Positions 25,375 to 38,169 of a stretch of 64,000 nt of DNA are shown here, in pieces. The DNA lies in the NCBI RefSeq assembly GCF_018350175.1, contig NC_058368.1, positions 49,168,001-49,232,000 of the forward strand. The letters run 5' to 3'. Source of the stretch: Felis catus (Eukaryota). The first letter of the stretch is position 1; each line of letters begins with the position of its first letter. The notes beneath the pieces are model-generated. The model ran no database searches. It had not been told where the DNA came from and saw nothing but the letters and a program-made list of their open reading frames with translations. The position numbers and the translations under genes are program-made.

Positions 25375-25880
25375 TGCGTGAGTTATCTATTTCTACATAA
25401 CAAGTTACCACACATTGGGTGGCTTCGTGGAGTTAACATTTATTGTCTATAGTGTCTGAGGTCAAGAATTGGCAACAGCCTAGCTTTGTCTCTCATGAGG
25501 TTCCAGTCAAAGTTTTGATGGCACTATATTCCTCCCAAGCCTTCAGGGGCCTAAGGATTCACTTCCAGGGTGGCTCATTCACATAATTGGCAAACTGGTG
25601 GTGGTTGTTGGTAGGTCTCATTTCCTCCCTACACGAGCCTCTCCTTGGGCTACTTCAGTGGCCACTGCCTTCCTCGAGAGTGAGCAATTCCAGAGAGGAA
25701 GGCAGAAGTTACGATGCCTTTTATGAGGTCTTGAATATCTCACACTGTCACTTCTGTCATTTTCTATAAGCACACAGACCAACCCTTGCTCATTGTAGGT
25801 TGGGACTACACCTACCTGTGTAGGTTGGGACAATCAGGAGGTAAGGCTAATTGAAGTTCATCCTGAAGGCTGGCTACCAA
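25375..25880 (-). mobile_element. MaLR solo LTR (MLT1F-like)
   Basis: AGTTATCTATTTCTACATAACAAGTTACCAC...CACTTCCAGGGTGGCTCATTCACAT...TGTCACTTCTGTCATTTTCTAT...GGCTGGCTACCA. Confidence 0.8.
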
Positions 25881-26437
25881 ATTTGTCACGTTTCTTTTTA
25901 CCTCTTTCAATTAAAAAATTCTTATTAAAAAAAAAAAACTGTTTCAAAGAATTTATAGTTTATAGTTTTTTTTATAGTTCTTTAGTTCACCCATAAAATA
26001 AAACAAAATGGGATCCAAATGGGATCCAAATAAATTATTTCATTACATTTATTCTCATGTTTTACACTGAAATCTGTCCTAGTTTTGACAATAACTTATT
26101 TTGGTCACCCTAGGCTTAGCTTAAAAGGCATTTCCTTCTAGAGTTTTTTTTTTTTTTTTCTGAACCCACACTAGAATCAATTATTTTCCCCCTTTACAAT
26201 CTCCTTATATCTTGAACTTTTCCTTACATGACACTTATTCGACATTGTTTTTGTGTTATTTCCGCAAAGGCAAGAACTATGTTTAAAATGAATAAATGGA
26301 TAAAATACTACACTAATTATCAACATTGTTTTAGTGCTTGACTATTATATTTAACCATAACTATACTCCAGAGAAATTTAATCATATAACAAAATATGAA
26401 CATAAATTTAGCCAATTAAAATGCCAACTAAAAACCC

Positions 26438-26830
26438 TTTATTCATTCATTTATTCACGAGACACAAGTTAACTGAGCACCTCTACTTCTGTGCTAGAGG
26501 CTCTTCCCGAGGCTGGGGATTCAGCGCCTAGGGATACGTGTAACGTTTTCTCCTGAAGCTTCTTCCATTCAGGAGTATGACTACCAATGAAGCAAATAAA
26601 CTAATAAGTCAAAAAATAATTCCACATTGTGATGAGCGCTACATCCAATAAAATATATTAATGGGATAGGTAGTTACTCGGAGTAGTGGTAAGAAATGGC
26701 TTCTTTAGACAGGAGTTTACGGTGACTACTCTGAGGAGGTGGCATTTGAGCTGACATTGGAACAGCAAGGAGCCATCCATTCCAAGAACAGCAAGCTCTT
26801 CTTACAGGAAAGTGTTGTGCGTGAAATACA
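26438..26830 (-). mobile_element. L2 3' end
   Basis: ATTCATTCATTTATTC...ACTGAGCACCTCTAC...CTGAGGAGGTGGCATTTGAGCTGA. Confidence 0.75.
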
Positions 26831-28204
26831 TAATCATCTGTTGTAGAAATGCCTATATACAAGCATAGCTAGGGAGGAAGCTATATTCAATGAGAAACAT
26901 CCTTAATTTTTTCAAAATACATTTAATTTCCTTAAATGGAAAAGTATTTCTCTAGATTATTGCTATTACTGTGATTATTATGATATTATTACTTGCCTTT
27001 ATACAGTTGCCATTGTCTGGTGAATACAAATGTGGCTAACTGATTTACTCACCATGTACTTTGTAAATTTAAGCCACCTGTGAGTGTTTAATAATATATT
27101 AATACATGTACCTGGTTGTGTCTCAGCTCATAATAGAGTGTGAATCATCACAGTCCTAGTTCTGAGGGATTGCAGAAACACTTGCCTTTTCCTTGAAGTC
27201 ATCCTAGGGTATTCAAACTGCTCAAGTAAATAGGATTCTGATATAAAAATAAAACCTTAACTCATTCAATTCAGGTCATGCCCTTAAGTTGATGCTTTTG
27301 GAACATGTGCTCCTTACCAGTAGTGGACACATTTACCTTATTAACCAACTCTGAGATGGATTTTGTATCAGAATAACCCAAAACTGGAATTTCAGATTGC
27401 TGGGTCCTAAATCTTGATTATAACAATGCATTGTCCTTATTCTGCAGTGTAAATAACTGAAATAAACTAAATATTTGGTTGCATTAGATTGTCCGTATGA
27501 TTTTATTATTCCAAATTATTTGTTCTTTAATCCCTTTTAAATGTTACATCTATTCAAGGACACTTGCACATGGCTCATGATACTTTGTGCAGCACATATA
27601 TTTCTGAGAGATCTTGTGCAAACCCAAGTATTGTAAATGGAATTCTTTTCTAAAGGCATAAGAGGAGCTTGGATTTTAAAGAAATCCTGCAGAATCATTT
27701 TTCTAAGTAAGAGTCTTTTTATAAAGTGACTCATCACTTCCTATTTCATCGATAGAAAGGTCAGATTTTCATGGATCAGGTTTTCTTAGAATACATTTAT
27801 ATACATCACATACATACATCACATTATGTACATCACATCCTTATTCACAGACAATGCTGTAGCTTGAAAAACACTTTAATACCTGCATATAATCTACAAT
27901 CATGCAATCTATTTTAGAAATGATCAAAGATGATGACAAACAGACCCTGTATCTATGTTATTCACGAAACAAATGTACACAATGTTGAACTTTGATCTCT
28001 GCCCTTTTCTAATTGATTTTGCATCTGGATGGCCTCAGGACTGCATGCCAAGAAAGTCTGTCATGTTATATCCTAGACTATTCCCAGCGTTTTATAGCTA
28101 TTTATACATTTCTTGAAGTTTGACCTTAGTGTGTTCTAACAGCATTATCTTATTCAATACTATTTTTGCTCATACTGCTTCCAGTTGACATAAAACAGGT
28201 AGTT

Positions 28205-28410
28205 CTTAACAGCACATAATAGTGCAAAGAGCATGGATTTTAGATTTAAAAAGACCTATGTTTTAGTAATGGCTCTGTTTCTTATAAACTATGTGGTCTT
28301 AAGCTGTTTATTTATATTCCCTGGACCGTGATCCCTCATCTAAAAGTCAGATAATGATAGCTCATAGGGATTTTGTGTTGATTAAAGGAACTAAGTGGTA
28401 ACTATAATTG
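28205..28410 (+). mobile_element. MIR SINE
   Basis: AGCACATAATAGTGCAAAGAGCATGGATTT...CCTCATCT...CTCATAGGGATTTTGTGTTGATTAAA. Confidence 0.7.
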
Positions 28411-28969
28411 ATATTAACAAGTAGTATTATTACTGGAGAGGTTTAAAAAATTATGTAAATATATATTCGTATGTGTCCTTTTCCCAAAATATGGTTACCC
28501 AGTGGGGAAAAAATCAGATAGTGTCCCATTAGGATTTTAATTTTCAATCACCTTTAAAACTTTTGTCTTGACACTTAAAACATAGATGCATTAAAATAAA
28601 CATAATTTAAAAATTAGCTAATCTTAGAGCGGTGCCCACTCCACATTCTAAATATTTCAGCCGTCTCTCACCAATTAATGGATCCATCTTGCCTGGATAC
28701 CATTTATTTCAAAAGGGTGAAATAACTTATTTTGTAGCCAACTTGCCTCAACATAACCTCTTCCACTATGAGTTTATACACATCATGATATTACCAACAA
28801 TTCTCTGCACATTTCACCACAAATATTTATCTCACTTTGTTGACAGGCTAATTAATATTTTCTTGTTGGAAGGTGTCCTACAACCATCTTTAAGATATAA
28901 ATCCATCATATTTCGCTATGTTACAACTTACTAAATGATGCTAAAGGCATGTTTTCCTGTTGTCTCTCA

Positions 28970-29710
28970 TTAAGATAAAACAGAGGAGACTTTAAGACTA
29001 AAGTATTACTAGAAATAAAGAGGAGCATTTTATAATGATAAAATAATTGGTTCTCCAGTTATAATAAATTTGCATATAACTTAACATAGCCTCAAAATAT
29101 ATAAAGTAAAAAAGAAAAACAGACAAATTCATAATTATAGTGGACATTTTTATACTGATTTTTAGGGACTGAAAAATTTAGTAAGGATATAAATAATTTT
29201 AACTACGTAATTAACGTTTCACCTAAGTGACCAAAATAGAATACTCCCAACAATATTAGAATATATTTTTTCCATTTTATTTTTATTTGTATTTTTTTAA
29301 TGTTCATTTATTTTGAGAGAGGGAGAGAGAGAGAGAGCGAGCAGGGGAGGGGCTGAGAGAGAAGGAGACAGAGGATCCAAAGTAGGCTCCGCACCATCAG
29401 CACAGAACCTGACGTGGGGCTCAGACTCACAAACCATGAGATCACGATTTTGTGAAATCAAGGGTCATACACTTAACCGACAGAGCCACCCAGGCGCCCC
29501 ATTTTTTCATTTTATTACAGTTGATACACACTCTTTAAGTCTTACTTAATAAGTTACAAAAGACCATGACAAATTGGAAACAAATATCTAGACAATCCCA
29601 ATACTATGGAAACTTATAAATAAAATTCAAAAATAATCTTGAATAAAGGAGACATTAAAATGGAAAATAGAAATAGTTTGCACTGAATGAAAATAAATTT
29701 GAAAATGGAT
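28970..29710 (+). mobile_element. Ancient L1 ORF2 endonuclease-region remnant (split by SINE)
   Basis: GACTTTAAGACTAAAGTATTACTAGAAATAAAGAGGAGCATTTTATAATGATAAAA and AGACAAATTCATAATTATAGTGGACATTTT correspond to decayed EN-domain coding sequence. Confidence 0.7.
29282..29500 (-). mobile_element. CAN-SINE, older subfamily
   Basis: Ends CCACCCAGGCGCCCC on +; near-TSD ATTTTTTCCATTTTATT (29265-29281) / ATTTTTTCATTTTATT (29501-29516). Confidence 0.92.
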
Positions 29711-29719
29711 CAGTGTAAA

Positions 29720-30150
29720 CAAACAAACCAATGTTTGAACAGTTAGGTATATATGAAAACTACTGAATAAATACCGTGGGGTTTTTTTTGTTACTGTTCT
29801 GAAATTATTTGTACTTTTGTTGAGAAATCAGTAATTTTGTAGAAAACTTCATAAAGAAATTTTGTAAGGAATTTCAAGTGAGGTACTGGTGTCATCATAA
29901 AACAAGATTGAGTCAGTAGATATAATAATAGATTAGATAATAAGAAAATATTTTAATTAAAAATATTCATGTATTAACTTGTTTTCCTTTGGATTGGTAA
30001 TTTTTTTATTTTATTTTTTTTAGTAGCAAAATTATATATCAAAGTTCAATAAAGAAAAGTTTTATTGTCTCATATATCATTAAATTCTTGATTCTTACTG
30101 AAAATCATTTAGTTTATAGAGGAAGGGAGAGATGTGAAATACTGAGTAAA
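29720..30150 (+). mobile_element. Possible hAT-Tip100 (Arthur-like) fragment
   Basis: TTACTGAAAATCATTTAGTTTATAGAGGAAGGGAG resembles the Arthur1 subterminal region as recalled; weak. Confidence 0.3.
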
Positions 30151-30169
30151 AGACTAATAACTTTGAGTA

Positions 30170-31070
30170 ATCTTTAAGAACCGTTATTTCAAAAGGTATC
30201 ATTAAGACAGTGAGAAAGTAAGCCATAGACTGAGAAAATATACTTAAAACACATATAACTGTTAAGGGGCTTATATTCAGAATAATAGGGAACTCCTAAA
30301 ACTCAACAAGAAAAGAGTAACTCAGAAAAGGAAACTGGCAAAAGACTTGAACAGCCACTTAAAAGTCAAATACTATATAAAATTAACGCAAAATATGTTC
30401 ATGATGAGAATTCCACATGTAAATTAAAAGGACTGACAATTCCAAGGGTTGATGAGGAGAGCCGTCAAAATGATACTGACACAGTAACCTGGCATCATCA
30501 CTCAGGAAAAGTTCTAAAGTTGTAGACATGCGCTTTCTACAACTCAGCAATTCTACTCCTAGATATACCAATATACGTGCACCAGATGTTCCTAAGAATA
30601 CCCCAAGCAAGTACAAGGATACTTACGGTGATATCATTAATAAAAGCCAAACTCTGGAAGCAACCTAATTGTTCATCAACAGTGAATATAATAACTTTGG
30701 GCACAATGGAATGCCACAGAGGAATAAAGGTGAGTGAACTGCAGCTACATAAAGAGCATGGAGGCATCTTCCTATCTATCAGTAAAAGAAATCAGAAACT
30801 AAACAAAACATGATAAAAGCAGATTAAATTAAACTGTAGTCCTTAATGACTTCCTATGTAGGTGGTAATTTGAATGACGAAAAGCAAGAGAAACTTTATT
30901 TTTAAAATCAGGTCTTCTTTGAGAAGAAGGGGATTTGGATGGGGAAGGAACACACGGGAAAATAGTGCATTGGCAGTCTGTCAGCCCGGGTGTCTGTTTT
31001 ATAATGATTCAATGAGCTGCATGCTTTTATTTTTGTGCATTTTATGAGTGTGCTGTATTTCACAGTAGAA
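30170..31070 (+). mobile_element. Ancient L1 (L1ME-like) ORF2 end and 3'UTR
   Basis: GGCAAAAGACTTGAACAGCCACTT, CTCAGCAATTCTACTCCTAGATATA, AACTCTGGAAGCAACCTAATTGTTCATCAACAGT. Confidence 0.75.
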
Positions 31071-31558
31071 TGTGGAGGGTTTTTTTTCTCTTTAAGGAAA
31101 GAGCTGTGGCTGACATTCTTTGGCTTCCATTTCTTGGTATCAGTGTTTTGTAACCCTGGCTGAAAGGTAGAGTGACTCTACAAGCCATGGCAGCGGAGAG
31201 ACTTTATGAAAACAAAAATTAACTCTTCAGCCAACAAAACACCAAACCACAACATCTGGAAGACATCAACGAACGAATCAGCTCTACTGCTCTTTCTTGC
31301 ACAAGGCATAAGACTTAACTCGTTCAAACTTCTACAACCTAAAGTCTAAGGGAGTGAGGGCATTTGAGGGAAAAAGCATAAAAGTTTTCACCTCAAAGCA
31401 TCCTACCATCCTAGTGAACTGGTATCAGGTCCTGTGAGTCGCCTGGCTGGGTGTGAAGCACAGCACACATAGTTATGGATAATTACAATCCTAAATAGGG
31501 GACTGTGGTGTTCTCTGTAGTGTTAAAACACTGTGCTTCTTGGTGGAATGGTTTCTTT

Positions 31559-31725
31559 TCTTTCTTTCTTTCTTTTTTTAATATGAAATTTATTGTCAAA
31601 TTGGTTTCCATACAACACCCACTGCTCATCCCAACAGGTGCCCTCCTCAATGCCCATCACTCACTTTCCTCTCCCTCCCACCCCAACTCAACCCTCAGTT
31701 TATTTTCAGTTTTTAAGAGTCTCTT
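31559..31725 (-). mobile_element. Very short 5'-truncated feline L1 3' end
   Basis: Reverse match to 3'UTR of the L1s at 7099 and 55947; TSD ATGGTTTCTTT at 31548-31558 and 31726-31736. Confidence 0.92.
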
Positions 31726-33760
31726 ATGGTTTCTTTACAGGGCCTTTTAGGGAACCATGAAACACTTGTTGGTTCCTTTCCAATTTAACTGTAAAGTCAC
31801 TTGCATCACTGATACAGGAGAATATTTTTCTAGAAAGTAGACTCTGCATTACATTCTGGGTCCTTTCTTATCTCCAATAGCTTTTTTCTTTATTAGTTAA
31901 CAAATAACCATTTTCTATGATTAAAAACAGCAACTGTGGAACCCTTAAAAATATGCTGCTTTCTATAATGAAAAGATGACTATTCTATGAGTAATTTTAA
32001 AATTTGACAATCAAATTACGAATATTCACGTGGAAAATTTGAACTAAGGAACTTGGAAGGTGATTACACTCTAAATAAAATTTAATTTTCTAACAATAAA
32101 ATACCAAATAAAGTACAAAAACAATCAGGGCTATAAAATGAAAAACAGAACATAAACATTTGACAAATATCAAGAGCAGAAGAATGTTTTACACGTTGAT
32201 AAATGAAAAATACCCTACGTCCAGTTTTCTGTAATCTAATTGTCCACTTCAACATTTCCAGATAAGTCCTTCAACTTATAACCAACAATGGAACAAAATT
32301 TCCAAGGAGAGATAGCAACTGTTACAATAAGAAAGAAGTCATTTGCTAAGTAAATGGAGCAACTGAAAAATAAAGGTCCTTTGGAAATTATGACATAAAC
32401 TGCATTTTGTTTCAATATTTAGAAATGTAAAGAGTCAGTCCCAATATGAAAAATATTTATGGCTTCACTATTGTGGGCTAAGTAACAGATTCAGCAGTAG
32501 AGATGGCCAATAGGATTCCAAGTATTCTCGCCTGCTTGATAAAAGCTGTCCAGTCTCTCCACAGTCTGCAGGGACCTCCCTCATACCAGCTACTGAACTC
32601 TGGCCCCTCTCTCTTCTGTAAGCTCCCTACCAGCACTGCTTATGCTCCTCTTTCAGGCATTTCTATTCAAATTCAAAAATGTTTTTCAAGAAATGAAAAG
32701 ATCCCATTTATTCTCTTTACCTTTGTTCAATATAAAGGAAACATTAAATCTAGTCTTTTTACTATAAATGGTCTTGATCTTAAAATCAACATGGCTATAT
32801 CATTTCTTTCCCTGTTAAGCCCCAACCAATATTTCTAGCCTGGGATTTTCTCCATTTTCAGCTTTATAAATCTATTATCACTCAACCTAAGTGGGTTACT
32901 AACCTAGTCATCTTCTAGTCTTGCATTTAAGTGACTATTAGGACATATTTTATGAAGTTTGAAGTGACCCTCTATTCTTTCTCATATAAAATATCTGTAA
33001 GATATCAGTGACAGTCAGATAGCATTTCTAGGGAAAAGCTACTGTATTTTCTCCAAGGTCATAATTGTACTAAAACATCCAAGGGCAATGTTTTCAGACT
33101 GAATTCTATTTTTTCCCTGAGACATATGAAAGAGGATTGATAAGCCTATAATTCAGAACCCACTTACAGACTTACAGGAAAATTATATATTTATAATGTT
33201 CCTGATGAAAGACCACACAGGTCAAAGGCAAAAAGGAAACAGGGGCAAGAAAAGTAGAAAGTAGAAAAAAAAATCCCTGAATCTTTCTTAACTATAGAAT
33301 AAATTTCTTTGGATATGATAGTAATCTTAAAAAATACTGAGGGCATGCCCTGCTAGGCTAGCCACATTGCAGCTGAGCATGGAGGTAAGCACTCCCTGAG
33401 CTTCAAGAAGACTGCCTTTGGAGAATAAGATAAATTGTTGAGCTACACAGTCTTGATTTCTAAATGATGTCTCCACATTGTCCACGTTGCAGGTCTGTGT
33501 TTGAGTTGCTAGCATTAAAAGTTTCCTAAAATGGATTGACTTGGACACACAGTTCTCTGTGAATGTCATTTTATTTTGCGTTCCATACTTTAAATTATTT
33601 GAAGTAAACGGATCTAAGTTCATTTCAACTCTTTGGGGCAGGTGGGGTTCCCCTATAGTCTTTTATCATTTTGCTCCATTTCACCCATGATGCAGTCCCC
33701 ACCACCTGCATATACTTCCTCTCTCATTCTGGCCCTTTTCTTCTAAACTGGGGGATACTT

Positions 33761-33970
33761 GGGGCGCCTGGGTGGCTCAGTCAGTTAAGCATCCGACTTC
33801 AGCTCAGGTCATGATCTCACAATCCGTGAGTTTGAGCCCCGCATCAGGCTCTGTGCTGACAGCTCAGAGCCTGGAGCCTGCTTCAGACTCTGTGTCTCCC
33901 ACTCTCTTTGCCCCTCCCCTGCTCATGCTCTGTCTCTGTCTCAAAAATAAATAAAAACATTAAAAAAAAA
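33761..33970 (+). mobile_element. CAN-SINE, intermediate feline subfamily (SINEC_Fc2-like)
   Basis: Complete element; TSD TAAACTGGGGGAT at 33744-33756 and 33971-33983. Confidence 0.95.
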
Positions 33971-36487
33971 TAAACTGGGGGATGGTTAGCTGATCCTTGC
34001 AGAAGCCAATCCCTCCATATTTACCCTGATAACATTTATTCCTATCTCCTTACGAATCTTACTCCAACAAGTGTCCTCTCTTGCTCCTTAATTTCCCCCA
34101 TTCCAAGTCTGCTTGCACTTTTCATTAGGCTTATAATCTGCCCACATTTCTCTCATCCTAACAAGAAACCTTCTGGCTGCATATATATTCTTAATCAATA
34201 TATTATACTGTTCCCCATGACTTCTCACTGAAATTGTCCACAAAAGTCTGCTCACTGTTTCCCTTTTACTTTATACTTTCAAATACTGTTGTCCAGATCC
34301 TTGCTCTTAAAAAACCAACCAGCTGCTTCCTAATTATGCAATCTATTGGCCACTTTTTACTTTTTTTATATTAACTTGTTAATAATGTATTACCTACTTA
34401 CAACACTCTACTTTTTGTTTGTTTGTTTGAACCTTGTTTTCATCTGTCCTATTTCACTGACCATCTCTTCTCGGGTTTTGCAATGCATTGCTTTAGGAAG
34501 ATAGGATTAGGGAAATTAGCTTCCAAGGTCATTTGAAAACTTCTACGTTTCATATGATAGATTGACATTTTTCAAGACATGGAAATGAGGCCCTTTGGGG
34601 GGGGGGGGGAAGGTCATTAGGTACAATCAGATGTTTCTGTAAAACAATTATACTTATTTCCCTAAGTAAAATCACCTGAGAGAAGCCAATTTCAAGATGT
34701 AGTTGGGAAACTCACTTGGATGTAGACTTTAATGTTTTGAACTTTAGCAATTATATTATTTTTTAATATCATTTAGTTTCATCTCTTATTTTCCACTGGA
34801 CTATGAAATGAGCCCTATGTCCTAGAAAAGATTCTGAGAAAGTATTTTAATGGTTTTTCTGATGATAATAGGGCCAATGGGTAATATTTCTGTGCTCACC
34901 ATCCAAAAGCTCCATATTCCTCAGTTGAGATGATCCCATTAGATGCAACTACCTTCCTGAGCTGTCGCCTTCTGCAGGGAGTCTAACAGAGACTGGCCAG
35001 AGTCTTCTTGTCTACTAGAGTCACTCATAATACAAGGCTAAAAATAGCACTTTAACTGCACACCACAAAGCTAGTAAATACTTTGACCTACTCTGGAAAT
35101 TAGCCAAAACATCTGAACAAAAGTAGAACTGGCCAGAAGGCCAGAAAAGATGAAGCTCTACACCCTTGGCAGTCCTGACAGCATTGTTGACTTTGGGGTG
35201 CACCACTGTTGTGTTTCCAGTTGGCATGAGTTCAGGCCAAAGTCTCACTCATTCCATGGACATTTGCCCCTATCCGCACATTGAGAATGGGATACAATGT
35301 ATCAAAAATCACTAACACCAAAAAAGGTGCCAATTTAAGGTTTCTAGTAGTTTCATGCCTTGCAAACATCATGTTAATCTTAGTAGTCATAGCCAAACCA
35401 TAAGAGTTATCATGTCAGATGTCCTTTCATATGATGAGTTAAATGATTCCACTAAATACGTAAATAAGGGATTACATATAAAAAATATTACATTTGAAAT
35501 AAAGTAAAATATATATTATAACATATGGAAATATGTATCAAAATATATGCCAAATACATATACATAATGTGTACATGTATATGCATGACGTATTTTGAAT
35601 AAGTTGAAACTATTATGTGGCAACCTCCCCCCCCAGATATCTGCCACATTTTTCCTAAAGAAAGTACTAGTTTCCAAGAAATTTATGCATTAGCAGCCTT
35701 GTCATAATAAATAAAAATCTGAGGGTGAGAATGTGATTCAGAGATATCCAGAGTCTACAATTTATTCCCAAACAGAAAGAGTCAATATAAATCCTGTGAA
35801 TTTCATTGTCTGCTGCCAGAAAACCTATTTAATTATGAATAAGAAATGCTTAGAAACATTGTCTCTTTAGAGATCGCAGTCCTTATTTAGAAACAAGACC
35901 TTGTAAGCCTTTAAAAATTACCCATCGTAACTACAACACTGTCATCTTAGCTCATCATTAGGGAACTCTGCACTGGAGTAACCCCAGCAGCACTCCTTAG
36001 TATATCAGAAAGATGGCCCTGAGAGTGCATTGAGGTTTCCTTGTATTCTAAGAGATTCTTATTATTGGACCTGTTTTTAGTTACTTTTTCACCTGAGTCT
36101 GCTTGGTGTGATTTCCATATTACGAATTGGATCCAGCTGTTCAAATAATGACTTAGACAACACTTTAACATTTTTTTTAATGCAAAGGCATCTTCTCTGA
36201 AGATGTTAGCCTACCATAATATGCCAATGTAATTAAATTAAAAGCACGGTATGAGTACAAAGATAATTTATCCCTTTCTGACTCAACTCTCTCAGGTGTA
36301 GACCAAGAAGTTTCCACAAGTTAGGGCGATCACAGAGTAGTACAAATGTAAACCTACTTTTATGAGACATTATCTTGATATGTTGGTTCACTTCCATGAC
36401 AAGAAATATTTTGCAGGGGTTTAAATCTGCACATAGTATATATCATAAGTAGAATATATTCTGTTTCCAATTACGTAATGTGTTTGA

Positions 36488-36710
36488 AACAACTTCTCAA
36501 CCAATGTGCAACAGTGTACCATGAATGGGGGGCAGATGGCTGAGATGATAATCTTAGGCACTGTTATAGTGGCAATCAAAATTGCTTAAGGCAATCAAAA
36601 TCCCTGTACAACTGGTCTTGGTCCATAAGGACTCTTACCTGTTTACTCCAGTGTACTATACAAATATGATTTTATATGTGCCTTGATGTATAAAGATTTA
36701 AAAGTATTGG
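36488..36710. mobile_element. hAT-Charlie MITE (MER112-like)
   Basis: CTTCTCAACCAATGTGC...GTGTACCATGAATGGG...CCTGTTTACTCCAGTGTACTATACAAATAT...TATGTGCCTTGATGT is colinear with recalled MER112. Confidence 0.6.
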
Positions 36711-36714
36711 CTCA

Positions 36715-37215
36715 ATAATGGACTTTTAATTTTCACTAAAGCAAGATATATGGAAATAGGCTCTCCAGAATTGGCTCCATGGTTCATAATGACACCAAGG
36801 ACCTAATCTCATTTCTTTCTACTATTTCATCTGCTCATACATTGACATTTGTCTTCAGGCTTGCCACCTCATGGTTACAAGTTAGCTGGCAAAGCTCTGA
36901 CTTCACACTCTCAAGAGCAAACAAGGCAGGAGGGAAGGAAGGGGTCAATCTTTTTGTCATGTAGCCTTCTCTGTTATAGGAGAGAAAAACATTTCCTTAA
37001 AGTGCCCTACCACACTTTCCTCTCCATCTTTACATCGTATTGACAAGCGGTTACTTTCATGTGGACATTGGCAAAGCCATTACCATGAACAGTGTGGGCA
37101 ATCATGATTCATTCATAAGGGTGGGCACACTGCCATCTGCATAGAATAAAACAAGAGTGCTGCTAGCAAGAAATATAGGAGAATGACTGCTAGGTAAGCA
37201 GCAGTATATACTGCT
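36715..37215 (-). mobile_element. Old MaLR LTR (MLT1J/K-like)
   Basis: ATGACACCAAGGACC...CCTCATGGTTACAAG...CTGCTAGCAAGAA...GAATGACTGCTAGGTAAGCAGC. Confidence 0.6.
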
Positions 37216-38169
37216 GGTAGATTAATCAAAAGAAAGGAAACAATGTTGCTTATACTTCTAAGAGTCCTAATCAGTTTCAAGTGAAAGGGCATATGTAATT
37301 TCTTAAACCTAATGGGCCTTTACTCAAACCTTCAACTCTACCTGCTTCAATTTTTATAGCAAATTTAGGATTTTCATTAATGTACACACAAAATGTTAAT
37401 GTATTATTGTAACTATAGCAATATTTACAAAAATATTTGCAAAACAGATAACTCACTTAAAAAAACTTGCATCTAAAATATACAAAGAACTCTTAAAACA
37501 GAAGCAACAGAAAACAACTCCATTTTTAAAAATGGGAAAAGGAGCTAAATGGACATCTCACCAACACACGGTTGACAAACACATGAAAAAGCACTCACAT
37601 TATTTGTTATTCGAGAAACTAAAACAATGTGATACCATTATACACCTATTAAAATGGCGAAATCCAAACAACTGACCGTATCAATAGCTAGTGATGATGT
37701 GGAACAACAAGAATTCTCATTCTGCTATTGGGATTAAAAAATGATAAAAATGACTTTGGGAAAAAAAAAGTTGTCAATTTCTTACAAATTAAATATAGTC
37801 TACAATCCAACAATAATGCTCCTAGGTATTTAACCAATAAATCTGAAAACATATGTCCACACAAAAATCTGCATGCAAATGTTTACAGCACCTGTAATTT
37901 ATAATCACCCCCAACTGGAAGAAACCAAGATGTCCTTCAGCAAGTGAATGGATAAATTATACTATATCCATACAAAGAAGTGAGTCTGAAAAGGTTATAG
38001 AGATGGCCAATCAGTTAGTGGTTAGGAGAGGTTATAGGGTTGAATAGGAGTAGCACAGAGGATTTTTTCAGAGTAGTGAAACTATTCTGTAGGATAGTGT
38101 ACTGTAAATAGATGACACTATGCATTTGTCAAAATCTATAGAACTTTATAGCCAAAGAGTGAACCATGC

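Larger units (their letters stand above)
21760..26112 (+). mobile_element. Fossil hAT-Blackjack DNA transposon with degraded transposase, interrupted by younger insertions
   Basis: Translated pieces: ECMFNEKLNTEFPFLKIVDYKCVTCKKC (about 21931-22014), LNASDRK (about 22268), KIICFCGDNMN (about 22473-22506), LALSLSDTSSTTKRVFS (about 23905-23955, decayed hAT dimerization motif). Terminus ...TGTCCTAGTTTTGACAATAACTTATTTTGGTCACCCTA ends at 26112 and matches the Blackjack/MER81 end as recalled. Left boundary uncertain. Confidence 0.75.
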
